64,000 nucleotides of DNA from positions 30,993 through 94,992 of the forward strand of contig JBNGDJ010000001.1 of NCBI GenBank assembly GCA_049974825.1, read 5' to 3'. The translations under genes and the position numbers were made by a program. This document shows, piece by piece, positions 7,887 to 17,256 of this stretch (positions within the stretch are counted from its first letter, which is position 1; each line of letters begins with the position of its first letter). The stretch comes from Halothiobacillaceae bacterium (GTDB lineage: Bacteria; Pseudomonadota; Gammaproteobacteria; Halothiobacillales; Halothiobacillaceae). The notes under the pieces were generated by a model, which was not told the DNA's origin, did no database searches, and saw only the letters and a list, made by a program, of their open reading frames with translations.

Positions 7887-10800
7887 TCAATCCCGGTGAA
7901 TCACCGCAGCGGGCCGCTCTTCCATAAACAGTTCAAGACCCGCATTTCCCTGGTCGCGCGCCATCGCCTCGGCCTCAGCAAGAGCCTCGCCGGCCCGGGC
8001 CTGATCGCCCCGGGCGCGATGGTACTCCGCGTCCATCGCGTGCAGCATGGGCCAGAAGGCGCGATCGCCACTGTAGCGACCGGCATCGAAGGCCTGGTCG
8101 ATGTGGTGCTTCATAACCTCACGCTTTCCAGTCAGGCGTGCAGCGTCGGCCACAATCCAGTGGAAGATGCCGGCCACTGCGGGCAAGGCCTGCATGCACA
8201 TGGCTACCGATCGCTGCAGTGGCTCAAGTGCCAACTGCCCGTGACTTGCCGCGTCGGACCAGCCTTCCAGCAACAGGGCGGATGCCTGCCACAGGAAAAG
8301 ATCGTTTTGCTCGGCCAGCTGGCGGACTTGGCGCGCTTGAGCGCGAACTCGATCAGGCTGGCGGGACATAAAGGCCAGAACGCCCGAGAAGGTCAGGGTG
8401 TAGCAGAGCATGTGCGGATGCCCCAGCCGCTGGGCCCGCTCGGCATTCAACCGGGCATGACGGTCCGCCTCTTCGGGCCGGCCGGTAAACCAGCAGACCC
8501 AGGAGAGAAAGGCGCGTGCCGTAATGCCGGAGTCCTCGCCGTAACGACTGATCAGCGTGGCCGGGGCATGATCGCGCACCAGTTGCAGACAACGGTTCAG
8601 GTAGGTTTCGGCCTGCGCAAACCGGCCGAACCAGACCAGGTTGTTGCCCATGGCCGAGCAGGCCAGCAGCAAATGCTCGTCACTGCCCGTGCGCTGGGCC
8701 TCCTCCAGAAGACGCTGGGCCGGAAGGGCGGGGTCCTGTTCGTCTTCGGGCGCCCGCCCGCCGCCCCAGATTCCCCACAGCACGGGGAAGACATCCGGCG
8801 CCGAATCGAGCCGCCCATGCAGACGAAGCGCATGGCTGAAGGCAGCGCGGGCCTCGGGGCTGCCGTATCCCCGATAGGCCAGGAGAATAAAGCCCCGGCA
8901 CGCCTCGATCTCGAAGGACAGCGCATCCCGACGCGCCTCGGGGCACAGCGGCAAGAGCCGGCGCGCCCTGTCCACCAGCGTCACAGCCTGCGCGTACTCG
9001 CCACGACCGCGGGCCCGGTTGGCCGCCATTACCCAGGTCCGGACCGCGCGCGGCCACTGATGAGCCTTCTCGGCATGGTGGGCGATTTCCCCAAGGCGCT
9101 CGCTGGCCGATTCCTGCCACGGGCCGTCGAAGGCGTCGAGTACCCGGGCATGCCAGAATACGCGTTCGTCCGGCTCCAGCGAAGCGTAGGCCGCCTCCCG
9201 GATCAGGGCATGCCGAAACTGCAGAACATCGGCGCCCTCCTCCTCATCCCGGACAAACAAGTCCGAGCCGGCCAGCACGAGCCAGTGGGATTCACAGTCC
9301 ACCGATTCTCCGGCCAGGCATTCGACCTCATCTCGGCAGAAGCGCCGACCGAGGACGCTGGCAACCCGTGCGAGCACGGCGGCATGGCCCAGCCCGTCAA
9401 GCCTTTCAAGAAGCAGGCCGTGAAGCGACGCGGGCGCTGCCCCGCCGTCCCCGAAACCTTGCCAGTGCGCCGCGATTTCTTCAAGATAAAGAGCATTGCC
9501 GTCACCAAGCTCCAACAGCCGGCTGTCGGCATCCTCCGGCGCCCCGCGACGCAGCAGGTGCTTGCGCAGAAGGGTCCGGGCCTGCGGCCGGGGCAGCGGC
9601 GCGAGACTCAGGATCAGGTCAACCGGCAGATGCTCCGGCGTCTTGCGACTGGTCACGAGCAGGCCAACCCGAGGAGGCAGGCTGTCGGCCAGACCGGCCA
9701 GCAGCTCCTGGCTGATCGCATCCAGCCAGTGGGCATCCTCAAGAATCAACAGCAGGGGCATGCGCCCGGCAAGCCCCCGGAACATCCGCCCCAGCAACCG
9801 CTGAAGCCGCTGGGGTGACAGCGGCACATCACGCGCCAGCTGGTCTTCTTCGGCGGAAAGATCCAGCAGGCGCTCGAAATCGCCGGCCAACTCGGACAGG
9901 CCCAGTCGCTGCATCCGCTCGGCAAGTCGCGCCCGGGCCTCGCCCCGGCTGTGCGTCGCGCGAATCCCCGCGTAACGGGCGATGGCATCAATCAGGGCGC
10001 CATAGGCGTGGTTGGCCCGCTCCGGTCGGCAGATGACCTGTCGGACCGCAACGCCCTCCGGCAAGACGCGCTGCACCAGCTCCATGCCCAGGCGGGTCTT
10101 GCCGATGCCGGCTTCGCCCTCGACCCAAGCCAGGCCCGCACCACCGTCCCGGATCGGCGTCCACCACTGTTCGAGCTCCCGCAACTCCCTGTCCCGCCCC
10201 ACCAGAGGCACCAGTGGCTGGCCCAGCCCGGTCGCCGGTTCCCAGAACGCAATCGGCGCATGCAGTTCGTAGACCTGTTCAGTTATCCGACTGTATCGAA
10301 GACCTCGAGCCAGGCGTACCGGCAGGGCCGTGACCAACGTGTCGTCGACAAGCAAACGATTGGAGCCTGCCTGCCGCGCCAGATCCAGCGCCCTGCGCAA
10401 GAGTTGCCCGCGCACGTCGGCGCGACGGCCCTGATCGCTGACCGACCAGCCCATGCTGACGCCCAGCCCGGTGGCGTCCGGCATCTCCGCCAGGATCGAC
10501 TGGCAGGCAGACAGTGCACGGCGGGTCTGCGTTTCCGAGGCCATGGGATAGCCGAAATAGCCCACGACCTCCCCTGTCGGCGCCCAGTCAGCCGTGGCCC
10601 CGAAACCGCGAAAAAGTGCGGTCAGCTTGTGCCGAAGCATGTCCAGCTCGGCCGGGCGGGCCGCCCCTTCCACGGGGTCGAGCGTGGCGGCGACCACCGT
10701 CAGCCAGCGCTTGACGTATTGCGGCCCACCCTGGGCTACCGGCTCAACCGGACTGGCCGGCACGATCGAATCGTCGGTCTGTGACAGGCGCTGCACCAAA

Positions 10801-11525
10801 GCAACGATATCCGGGGCCGGCTCGAGATCCAGCTCGGCCTTCAGGGCCTGCTCATGCTGGCGAAACAGCGTGCGTCCCAGGCTGGTCTGCCCGGTCTGTA
10901 GTGCCAGGTTGAGGGCAACTTGACAGGCTTCGTGATCATCAGGCGCCAGCGAGAGCCACCGCTGCACCGCCTCCAGCGCCTTGCTGTCGCGTCCCTGTGC
11001 GACCGCCGTCCTGGTGACCTGCCCGGCTGCCGCCGAAGCGGCCTGGCGCAAACGCATCCGCTCGCCGTCTAGCCAGAGCATGAAGTCGAGTGCGTCCTCG
11101 AGCATGAAATCCGGCAACAGCTCGCCGCCGTAGGCATCCAACACCTGTTGCCAGTGCTCGGGGCCGGCGTGTTCGTCCACTTGCCGACTGGCCTGTTCGA
11201 ATTCCCAGACATCGACCCGGCCCATGCCGGCCGGCTGAAGACGAATGCTGCTTCGGTCGCTGACCAGAACCCGTCCATCCGCGTCACGCAACAGTTTGCG
11301 CAGTTCGAACAGGCTGCGCCTGAGATTGACGCGCGGGTCACTGCAGGACTCCGGCCAGAGCAACTCGGCCAGGTATTCGCGGCGCAGGGCGCGCCCGGGA
11401 TGGAACAAAAGAAAGACCAGCAGGGCGAGACACTTGTCGTAAGGCGGGTCGACACGCTGGCCATCAACCTCAAGACGCCAGCGCTTCATCAGCGAGATTT
11501 CGATCCGGGAGACGCTTTCTGTCAT
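7887..11525 (-). CDS. Multidomain regulator: SARP-type winged helix + BTAD + degenerate cyclase-homology domain + P-loop STAND ATPase + TPR (1212 aa)
   Basis: aa 1-100 are OmpR/SARP-like (RLEVDGQRV, LALLVFLLFHPGRALRREYLAELLWPE, NLRRSLFELRKLL). aa 105-250 form a BTAD-like helical region. aa 272-425 are class III cyclase-like but lack both metal Asp (VVAATL, VVGYFGYP). Walker A is GEAGIGKT (nt 10098-10121) and a Walker B-like motif is LLLILEDAHWLD. About 550 aa of TPR-like helical repeats follow. Confidence 0.7.
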   Translation of the reverse strand: MTESVSRIEISLMKRWRLEVDGQRVDPPYDKCLALLVFLLFHPGRALRREYLAELLWPESCSDPRVNLRRSLFELRKLLRDADGRVLVSDRSSIRLQPAGMGRVDVWEFEQASRQVDEHAGPEHWQQVLDAYGGELLPDFMLEDALDFMLWLDGERMRLRQAASAAAGQVTRTAVAQGRDSKALEAVQRWLSLAPDDHEACQVALNLALQTGQTSLGRTLFRQHEQALKAELDLEPAPDIVALVQRLSQTDDSIVPASPVEPVAQGGPQYVKRWLTVVAATLDPVEGAARPAELDMLRHKLTALFRGFGATADWAPTGEVVGYFGYPMASETQTRRALSACQSILAEMPDATGLGVSMGWSVSDQGRRADVRGQLLRRALDLARQAGSNRLLVDDTLVTALPVRLARGLRYSRITEQVYELHAPIAFWEPATGLGQPLVPLVGRDRELRELEQWWTPIRDGGAGLAWVEGEAGIGKTRLGMELVQRVLPEGVAVRQVICRPERANHAYGALIDAIARYAGIRATHSRGEARARLAERMQRLGLSELAGDFERLLDLSAEEDQLARDVPLSPQRLQRLLGRMFRGLAGRMPLLLILEDAHWLDAISQELLAGLADSLPPRVGLLVTSRKTPEHLPVDLILSLAPLPRPQARTLLRKHLLRRGAPEDADSRLLELGDGNALYLEEIAAHWQGFGDGGAAPASLHGLLLERLDGLGHAAVLARVASVLGRRFCRDEVECLAGESVDCESHWLVLAGSDLFVRDEEEGADVLQFRHALIREAAYASLEPDERVFWHARVLDAFDGPWQESASERLGEIAHHAEKAHQWPRAVRTWVMAANRARGRGEYAQAVTLVDRARRLLPLCPEARRDALSFEIEACRGFILLAYRGYGSPEARAAFSHALRLHGRLDSAPDVFPVLWGIWGGGRAPEDEQDPALPAQRLLEEAQRTGSDEHLLLACSAMGNNLVWFGRFAQAETYLNRCLQLVRDHAPATLISRYGEDSGITARAFLSWVCWFTGRPEEADRHARLNAERAQRLGHPHMLCYTLTFSGVLAFMSRQPDRVRAQARQVRQLAEQNDLFLWQASALLLEGWSDAASHGQLALEPLQRSVAMCMQALPAVAGIFHWIVADAARLTGKREVMKHHIDQAFDAGRYSGDRAFWPMLHAMDAEYHRARGDQARAGEALAEAEAMARDQGNAGLELFMEERPAAVIHRD

Positions 11526-11574
11526 CGCTTCAGGTCAGGCGCACAAACACGGTGGGAGCGGCGTGTAACATTCA

Positions 11575-12993
<1,419 letters not shown>

Positions 12994-13177
12994 GGGCAAT
13001 CCGGCGTGATAAGGGGCATGGCGACAACGATGGCAGGCACGGCCCAAGCCAGCGATTCTGGCCGGAGCCATGGACGCGCGGGCCGAGCGCCGACCAGAAT
13101 CGCGAAAGCCCGGACGCAACCATTCGATCATATCAGACTGCCCGCCGGAAGGCCGACAACAGGAAGTAACGTGCGAA

Positions 13178-16100
13178 TCAGGCGCCGGGCAGGTCCGCGC
13201 CATCCGGCGCCTGCCAGTGCACGCGGTTTCTACCCGAGCTCTTGGCTCGGTAAAGCGCCTCGTCCGCGCGGGCCAGCGCCGCCTCGACATTGGATTCTTC
13301 GGGGAGGACGCTCGTGCCGCCCACGCTGACCGTGATGGCCATATCCCGGTGAAGATCGGACCAAAGCGCCGAGGCCACGGCCGCCCGGAACCGCTCGGCA
13401 ATCTGCCGGGCACCTCGGCTGTCGGTATCCGGCAGCAGCACCGCGAATTCCTCGCCGCCCAGCCGCCCGGGCAGGTCACTGCGGCGGAAGGTGCTCCGGC
13501 ACAAGGCGGCAAAGCGGCGCAGCACCTCGTCCCCTGTGGCATGACCGAAACGGTCGTTGACTTCCTTGAAGTGATCCAGGTCCAGCATGAGCACCGCAAG
13601 CGGGCTCGACTGCCGGCGCATCCGGTGGATTTCCGTTTCGGCCCGGGCCATGAATTCGCGCCGGTTGGCCAACCCGGTCAGCTCGTCGGTACTGGCCAGA
13701 TCGCGAAGCCGCGCCTCGGCCTGCTTGAGCTCGGTAATATCCGAAAAGACGCAGACCGCGCCCTCGATTCGCTCCACCCCGATGGGCGTCACGGACAGGC
13801 GCACCGGAAAGCGTGTACCGTCGGCCCTCAGGAATTCGTCCTGGACAGCCTGACGCGGCCGCCCGTCAACCAGCACCCGGGGCCAGCCCTCGTCCGGCAT
13901 GGCCGGCGCTTCCCCACGGAACAGCCCTAGCACATGCCGACCGACCACCGCATCCGCGCCCAGCCGCAGCATGGTCAGTGCCGCCGGGTTCGCGAAACGC
14001 ACCCGGCCTTCATCGTCCATCCCGACAATACCCTCGCCGGCCGTTTCCAGGATCAGGGCGTTCTCCCGGCTGACTTCAAGCACGGCGCGCTCGGCGCGCT
14101 TGCGCTCGGTAATGTCCTGCACAGTACCCACGACACCCGTGGGCGCACCCTCTGCATCGCGGCGCACCTCGGCCTCGACAATCACCTCCTTGACCCGGCC
14201 AAGTGGCGACAGCAGCCGGAACTCGAACCGGTATTCCCGGGTGCCCGCCAGAGCCTCCTGGATGATTCGCTCGACGCGCGGACGATCCTCGGGATGGACA
14301 TGTTCAAGGAACAGTTCGCCGCTGGGCACAACGGATCGCGGCGGCAAATCGAAGATCCGGAAGGTCTCGTCAGTCCAACGCACTGCGCCGGATGGCACGT
14401 CCCATTCCCAGCTGCCAACATGGGCCAGGCGCTGGGCATGCTCCAGCCTGCGGCCATTCTCGCGAAGCTGATCCAGCAGGCGGCGCTCGTCGGTCATGTC
14501 GATCGACAGCCCCACCAGCAAATCGACCGCTCCGACTTCATTGCGCACCGGCGTCAGCAGCGTGCTCCAGACGCGCCGGCCACCGGGCAGCACCAGCTCC
14601 TCGACATAGCGCAGTACCTCGCCGCTCTCCCAGCACTGGCTGTACTGCCCGCAGACGTAGGCCGCCGTCTCCGGGTCAAGCAGCTCCTGCGGGCGACTGT
14701 CCCGCAAACGCTCGGAGGGCATGCCGGTTGCGCGGGCATGTTCGGGGTTGCTGCCGCGATAGCGAAAGGCGCCCTGCTCATCCCGTCCGACCAGGAAGAT
14801 CGCCTCCTGGACGTGTTCGAAAATGCTTCGGTACAGCCGCTCGTTGCGTTCCAGCTCCTGTTCGATGCGCACCCGGTCGCTGACATCCCGGGAAGCGGTC
14901 TGGATCCCCTCCGGCTCGCCGCCTGAGCCCAGCACCGGCGCGGCACGGGTTTCCAGCCAGCACCAGCTGCCATCCCGCCGGCGGATCCGATAGGTGATTT
15001 CGCTGGCCTGCCCGGCCAGTACCTGTGCCTGGCTCTCGTCGCGAATCCGGTCAGCGTCATCCGGGTGGAACAGCGTGTAGGGGTCCTGCCCGATCAAATC
15101 CCCAGGCGCGTAGCCCAGAAGCGCAGTCACCGAGGGGGACACATAGGTGTAACGTCCGCTCAGATCGTGCAGGCAGATCAGGTCAGTCATGTTTTCCGCC
15201 ATCAGGCGGAACAGCCGTTCACGCTCGGCCAGGGCCTCCTGGGCAGCCACCTGCTTGCTGACATCGTGCTGGAAGACCACCACCCGCTCGAGATTTCCGT
15301 CCTCGTCGAGCACCGGCGCGACCGATTCCAGCGACCAGTAGAGACTGCCGTCCTCACGTCGTGAGAGCAGTTCACCCCGCCAGATTCGCCCCTCGGCCAG
15401 GTGGTGCTTGAGCTCGGGAATTGCCGCCTGGTCACTGTGCGGCCCGACAAACAGCTCGTCCGGGTGCCGCCCCAGCACATCGGCTTCGCTGTAACCGGTC
15501 TGGCGCTGAAACTGAGGGTTGACCGCGATAATCTGCAGATTTCCGTCGAGCACCATCACGGAATCCGGGGCCGAATCAAACAGCGAACTGCTGAAACGCT
15601 CGGAACTGTCCAGCGCCTCCCGACTGGCCGCCACCTCGCTTTCGAGGCCGCGCACCGCCCGGCGCAGCAGCAGGCCCATCACGAACAGGGCCAGCAGGAA
15701 GCTGACCGCCGCCAGCGCCGCCCCGCCGGCCATGCGATCGAGGTGAGTGCGCATCATGTTCGTGCGATCCGAGAACAGCAGGATGCTGCCCACCGGCCCC
15801 ACTTCGGCCCCCTCGGGCGCGAAGGTCGCAAGCGGGACGCGCACCACTGACAGCCAGCGCCCGTCGATGTCCAGCAGGCGGAAGTCACCCGGCGCGATCT
15901 CGCCCGGGTTGTCCAGCGTACGCAGCCAGTCGCGCGTGGTTTCGTCTGTCACGGCCTCAATGTAGCAGCGACAGTTTTCCATGGACTCCAGGCCATGACG
16001 CCGGATATGGCTTTCCCAGGTCACGCCCTCGACATGTTCGGCGCGCAGCAGGACGGCCATGCGCGCATCGAAGCGGCGCGACAGCTGAAGCAGCAGTTCG

Positions 16101-16747
16101 GAAAAGCTCAGGCCGGTCTCCAGCGTGCCGACATGAACCGGCCCGTCGGGGCCCTGCGCCTGAACTGGCACCAGGCCGCGAATCCCGGAGTAAACCCGCC
16201 CGATCTCGAAGCCGGTCACCGCCCGGCGACCGCGGTTGGCCTCGACCACCATCGCTCGGATATCCCCCAGCGGATCGCCGAAACGGTCGGGTTCGTGAAC
16301 GCGCAGAAAGCTGCGATAGTCATCCGGAAGGTGAAAATGCAGCTGGCGCGCGTCGTAGCTGTCCTGAAGCGCCAGCCAGCGCGGCGCCACGTAGTCGTAG
16401 AGCGCCTCGCGCAGCCGGGCGGCACGAGGACCGCCGGCCCCACCCCCCTCGGCCTGAACCGCCGCACGCCCGGCCTGCATGAGAGAGCGCACTTCGGGAT
16501 CGGAGGCAATAAAGGTCGCGAAATGGAGCATCTCGCGCTCCATGATTGCCAGCGAGGCATCGACGCCTGCCGTCAGCGCGGCAGACTCGTTGGCCAGCTG
16601 GTCACGGATCGTCGCCCGCTCGATCAGCAAAAAGCCGCCCAGCGAGAGGATCCAGCCCAAGGCCATGACGAACGCGACGAGCAGGAAACGGCGGGGAAAG
16701 GAAGCGGTCGGTGAGCGATCGCCGCCCGAAACGGTCGACAAACTCAA
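13178..16747 (-). CDS. Membrane Cache-type sensor + 5 PAS + GGDEF diguanylate cyclase (1189 aa)
   Basis: N-terminal TM, then a Cache_3-like periplasmic region (HFHLPDDYRSFLRVHEPDRFGDPLGDIR, GFEIGRVYSGIRGLVPV) and a second TM. Five PAS-like segments follow (for example FDSAPDSVMVLDGNLQIIAVNPQF, MAENMTDLICLHDLSGRYTYVSPS), then GGDEF (RRSD-LPGRL-GGEEF). The TTG start at 16747 has GGAGGAT upstream and overlaps the chpC stop (TTGA). The alternative ATG at M28 would truncate the TM. Confidence 0.8.
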   Translation of the reverse strand: MSLSTVSGGDRSPTASFPRRFLLVAFVMALGWILSLGGFLLIERATIRDQLANESAALTAGVDASLAIMEREMLHFATFIASDPEVRSLMQAGRAAVQAEGGGAGGPRAARLREALYDYVAPRWLALQDSYDARQLHFHLPDDYRSFLRVHEPDRFGDPLGDIRAMVVEANRGRRAVTGFEIGRVYSGIRGLVPVQAQGPDGPVHVGTLETGLSFSELLLQLSRRFDARMAVLLRAEHVEGVTWESHIRRHGLESMENCRCYIEAVTDETTRDWLRTLDNPGEIAPGDFRLLDIDGRWLSVVRVPLATFAPEGAEVGPVGSILLFSDRTNMMRTHLDRMAGGAALAAVSFLLALFVMGLLLRRAVRGLESEVAASREALDSSERFSSSLFDSAPDSVMVLDGNLQIIAVNPQFQRQTGYSEADVLGRHPDELFVGPHSDQAAIPELKHHLAEGRIWRGELLSRREDGSLYWSLESVAPVLDEDGNLERVVVFQHDVSKQVAAQEALAERERLFRLMAENMTDLICLHDLSGRYTYVSPSVTALLGYAPGDLIGQDPYTLFHPDDADRIRDESQAQVLAGQASEITYRIRRRDGSWCWLETRAAPVLGSGGEPEGIQTASRDVSDRVRIEQELERNERLYRSIFEHVQEAIFLVGRDEQGAFRYRGSNPEHARATGMPSERLRDSRPQELLDPETAAYVCGQYSQCWESGEVLRYVEELVLPGGRRVWSTLLTPVRNEVGAVDLLVGLSIDMTDERRLLDQLRENGRRLEHAQRLAHVGSWEWDVPSGAVRWTDETFRIFDLPPRSVVPSGELFLEHVHPEDRPRVERIIQEALAGTREYRFEFRLLSPLGRVKEVIVEAEVRRDAEGAPTGVVGTVQDITERKRAERAVLEVSRENALILETAGEGIVGMDDEGRVRFANPAALTMLRLGADAVVGRHVLGLFRGEAPAMPDEGWPRVLVDGRPRQAVQDEFLRADGTRFPVRLSVTPIGVERIEGAVCVFSDITELKQAEARLRDLASTDELTGLANRREFMARAETEIHRMRRQSSPLAVLMLDLDHFKEVNDRFGHATGDEVLRRFAALCRSTFRRSDLPGRLGGEEFAVLLPDTDSRGARQIAERFRAAVASALWSDLHRDMAITVSVGGTSVLPEESNVEAALARADEALYRAKSSGRNRVHWQAPDGADLPGA

Positions 16748-17256
16748 CGGGGCCGATCCTCCGAACCGACAGGCAGCATCTGGCGCACCCGGGCCTCAAG
16801 CGCATCGAGATCGGGCACCACGACCGGATCGGTGGCCAGCTTTCCGGAAAAGGCAAGCAGGGGCTCCTCGACCTTCTGCTCATCTTCCAGCATCCGGTGC
16901 GGCAGGCGCATGGAGCGGGGAACGCCCTTCAGGGCCAGGGCATAGTAGGCCAGCCGCTCATCGGGATTGAGTGCGTAGACCACCGCCACCGGCAGGCGCC
17001 GGCGCCATTCGACCGGCGGATCTGCCATCAGACGATCCAGACCAATCACCGGCAGGAGCACGCCACGCCAGGTAAAATGCCCCAGGATCGGCTGGTCACC
17101 GCTGACCAGCGTGGCAAGCTGCGCCTCGGCCACTTCCGCAATGGTCTCGTAGGGCAGCAGCAGGTCGCCGCGCGTCAGACCGACGCGCAGTTGCAAGGCC
17201 CGCAGTGGAGTGTCGTCCCCGTGAGCATCGTTTGGCAGCGGATCGGTGCTTGTCAT
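16744..17256 (-). CDS. CheW-like coupling protein (ChpC-like, 170 aa)
   Basis: CheW-domain style sequence (LLLPYETIAEVAE ... GHFTWRGVLLPVIGLDRL). ATG 17256 overlaps the chpA stop (ATGA). Its position after chpA matches Pil-Chp clusters. Confidence 0.65.
   Translation of the reverse strand: MTSTDPLPNDAHGDDTPLRALQLRVGLTRGDLLLPYETIAEVAEAQLATLVSGDQPILGHFTWRGVLLPVIGLDRLMADPPVEWRRRLPVAVVYALNPDERLAYYALALKGVPRSMRLPHRMLEDEQKVEEPLLAFSGKLATDPVVVPDLDALEARVRQMLPVGSEDRPR

Noticed and set aside
7786-7926. 46-codon plus-strand ORF (MSKISALYWTKEEAHDYPRRKPEQQ...) in the AT-richer patch at the regulator 3-prime end
   Set aside because: It has no RBS, overlaps the regulator stop region antisense, shows no recognisable motif and falls below any length that can be supported from sequence alone.
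7896-9818. 640-aa plus-strand ORF antisense to the SARP-STAND regulator. Analogous long antisense ORFs occur at 17205-19577, 19611-21026, 23766-25235, 37102-38232, 38314-39441, 40888-42525, 48211-49896, 51785-53392, 54005-54961 and 62167-63687
   Set aside because: Each lies opposite a gene with strong family motifs (chpA, pilJ, GGDEF-EAL, SulP, uvrA, kinase, NtrC-type regulator, ung/modE). Each has an Arg/Gly/Pro/His-rich composition without recognisable domains.
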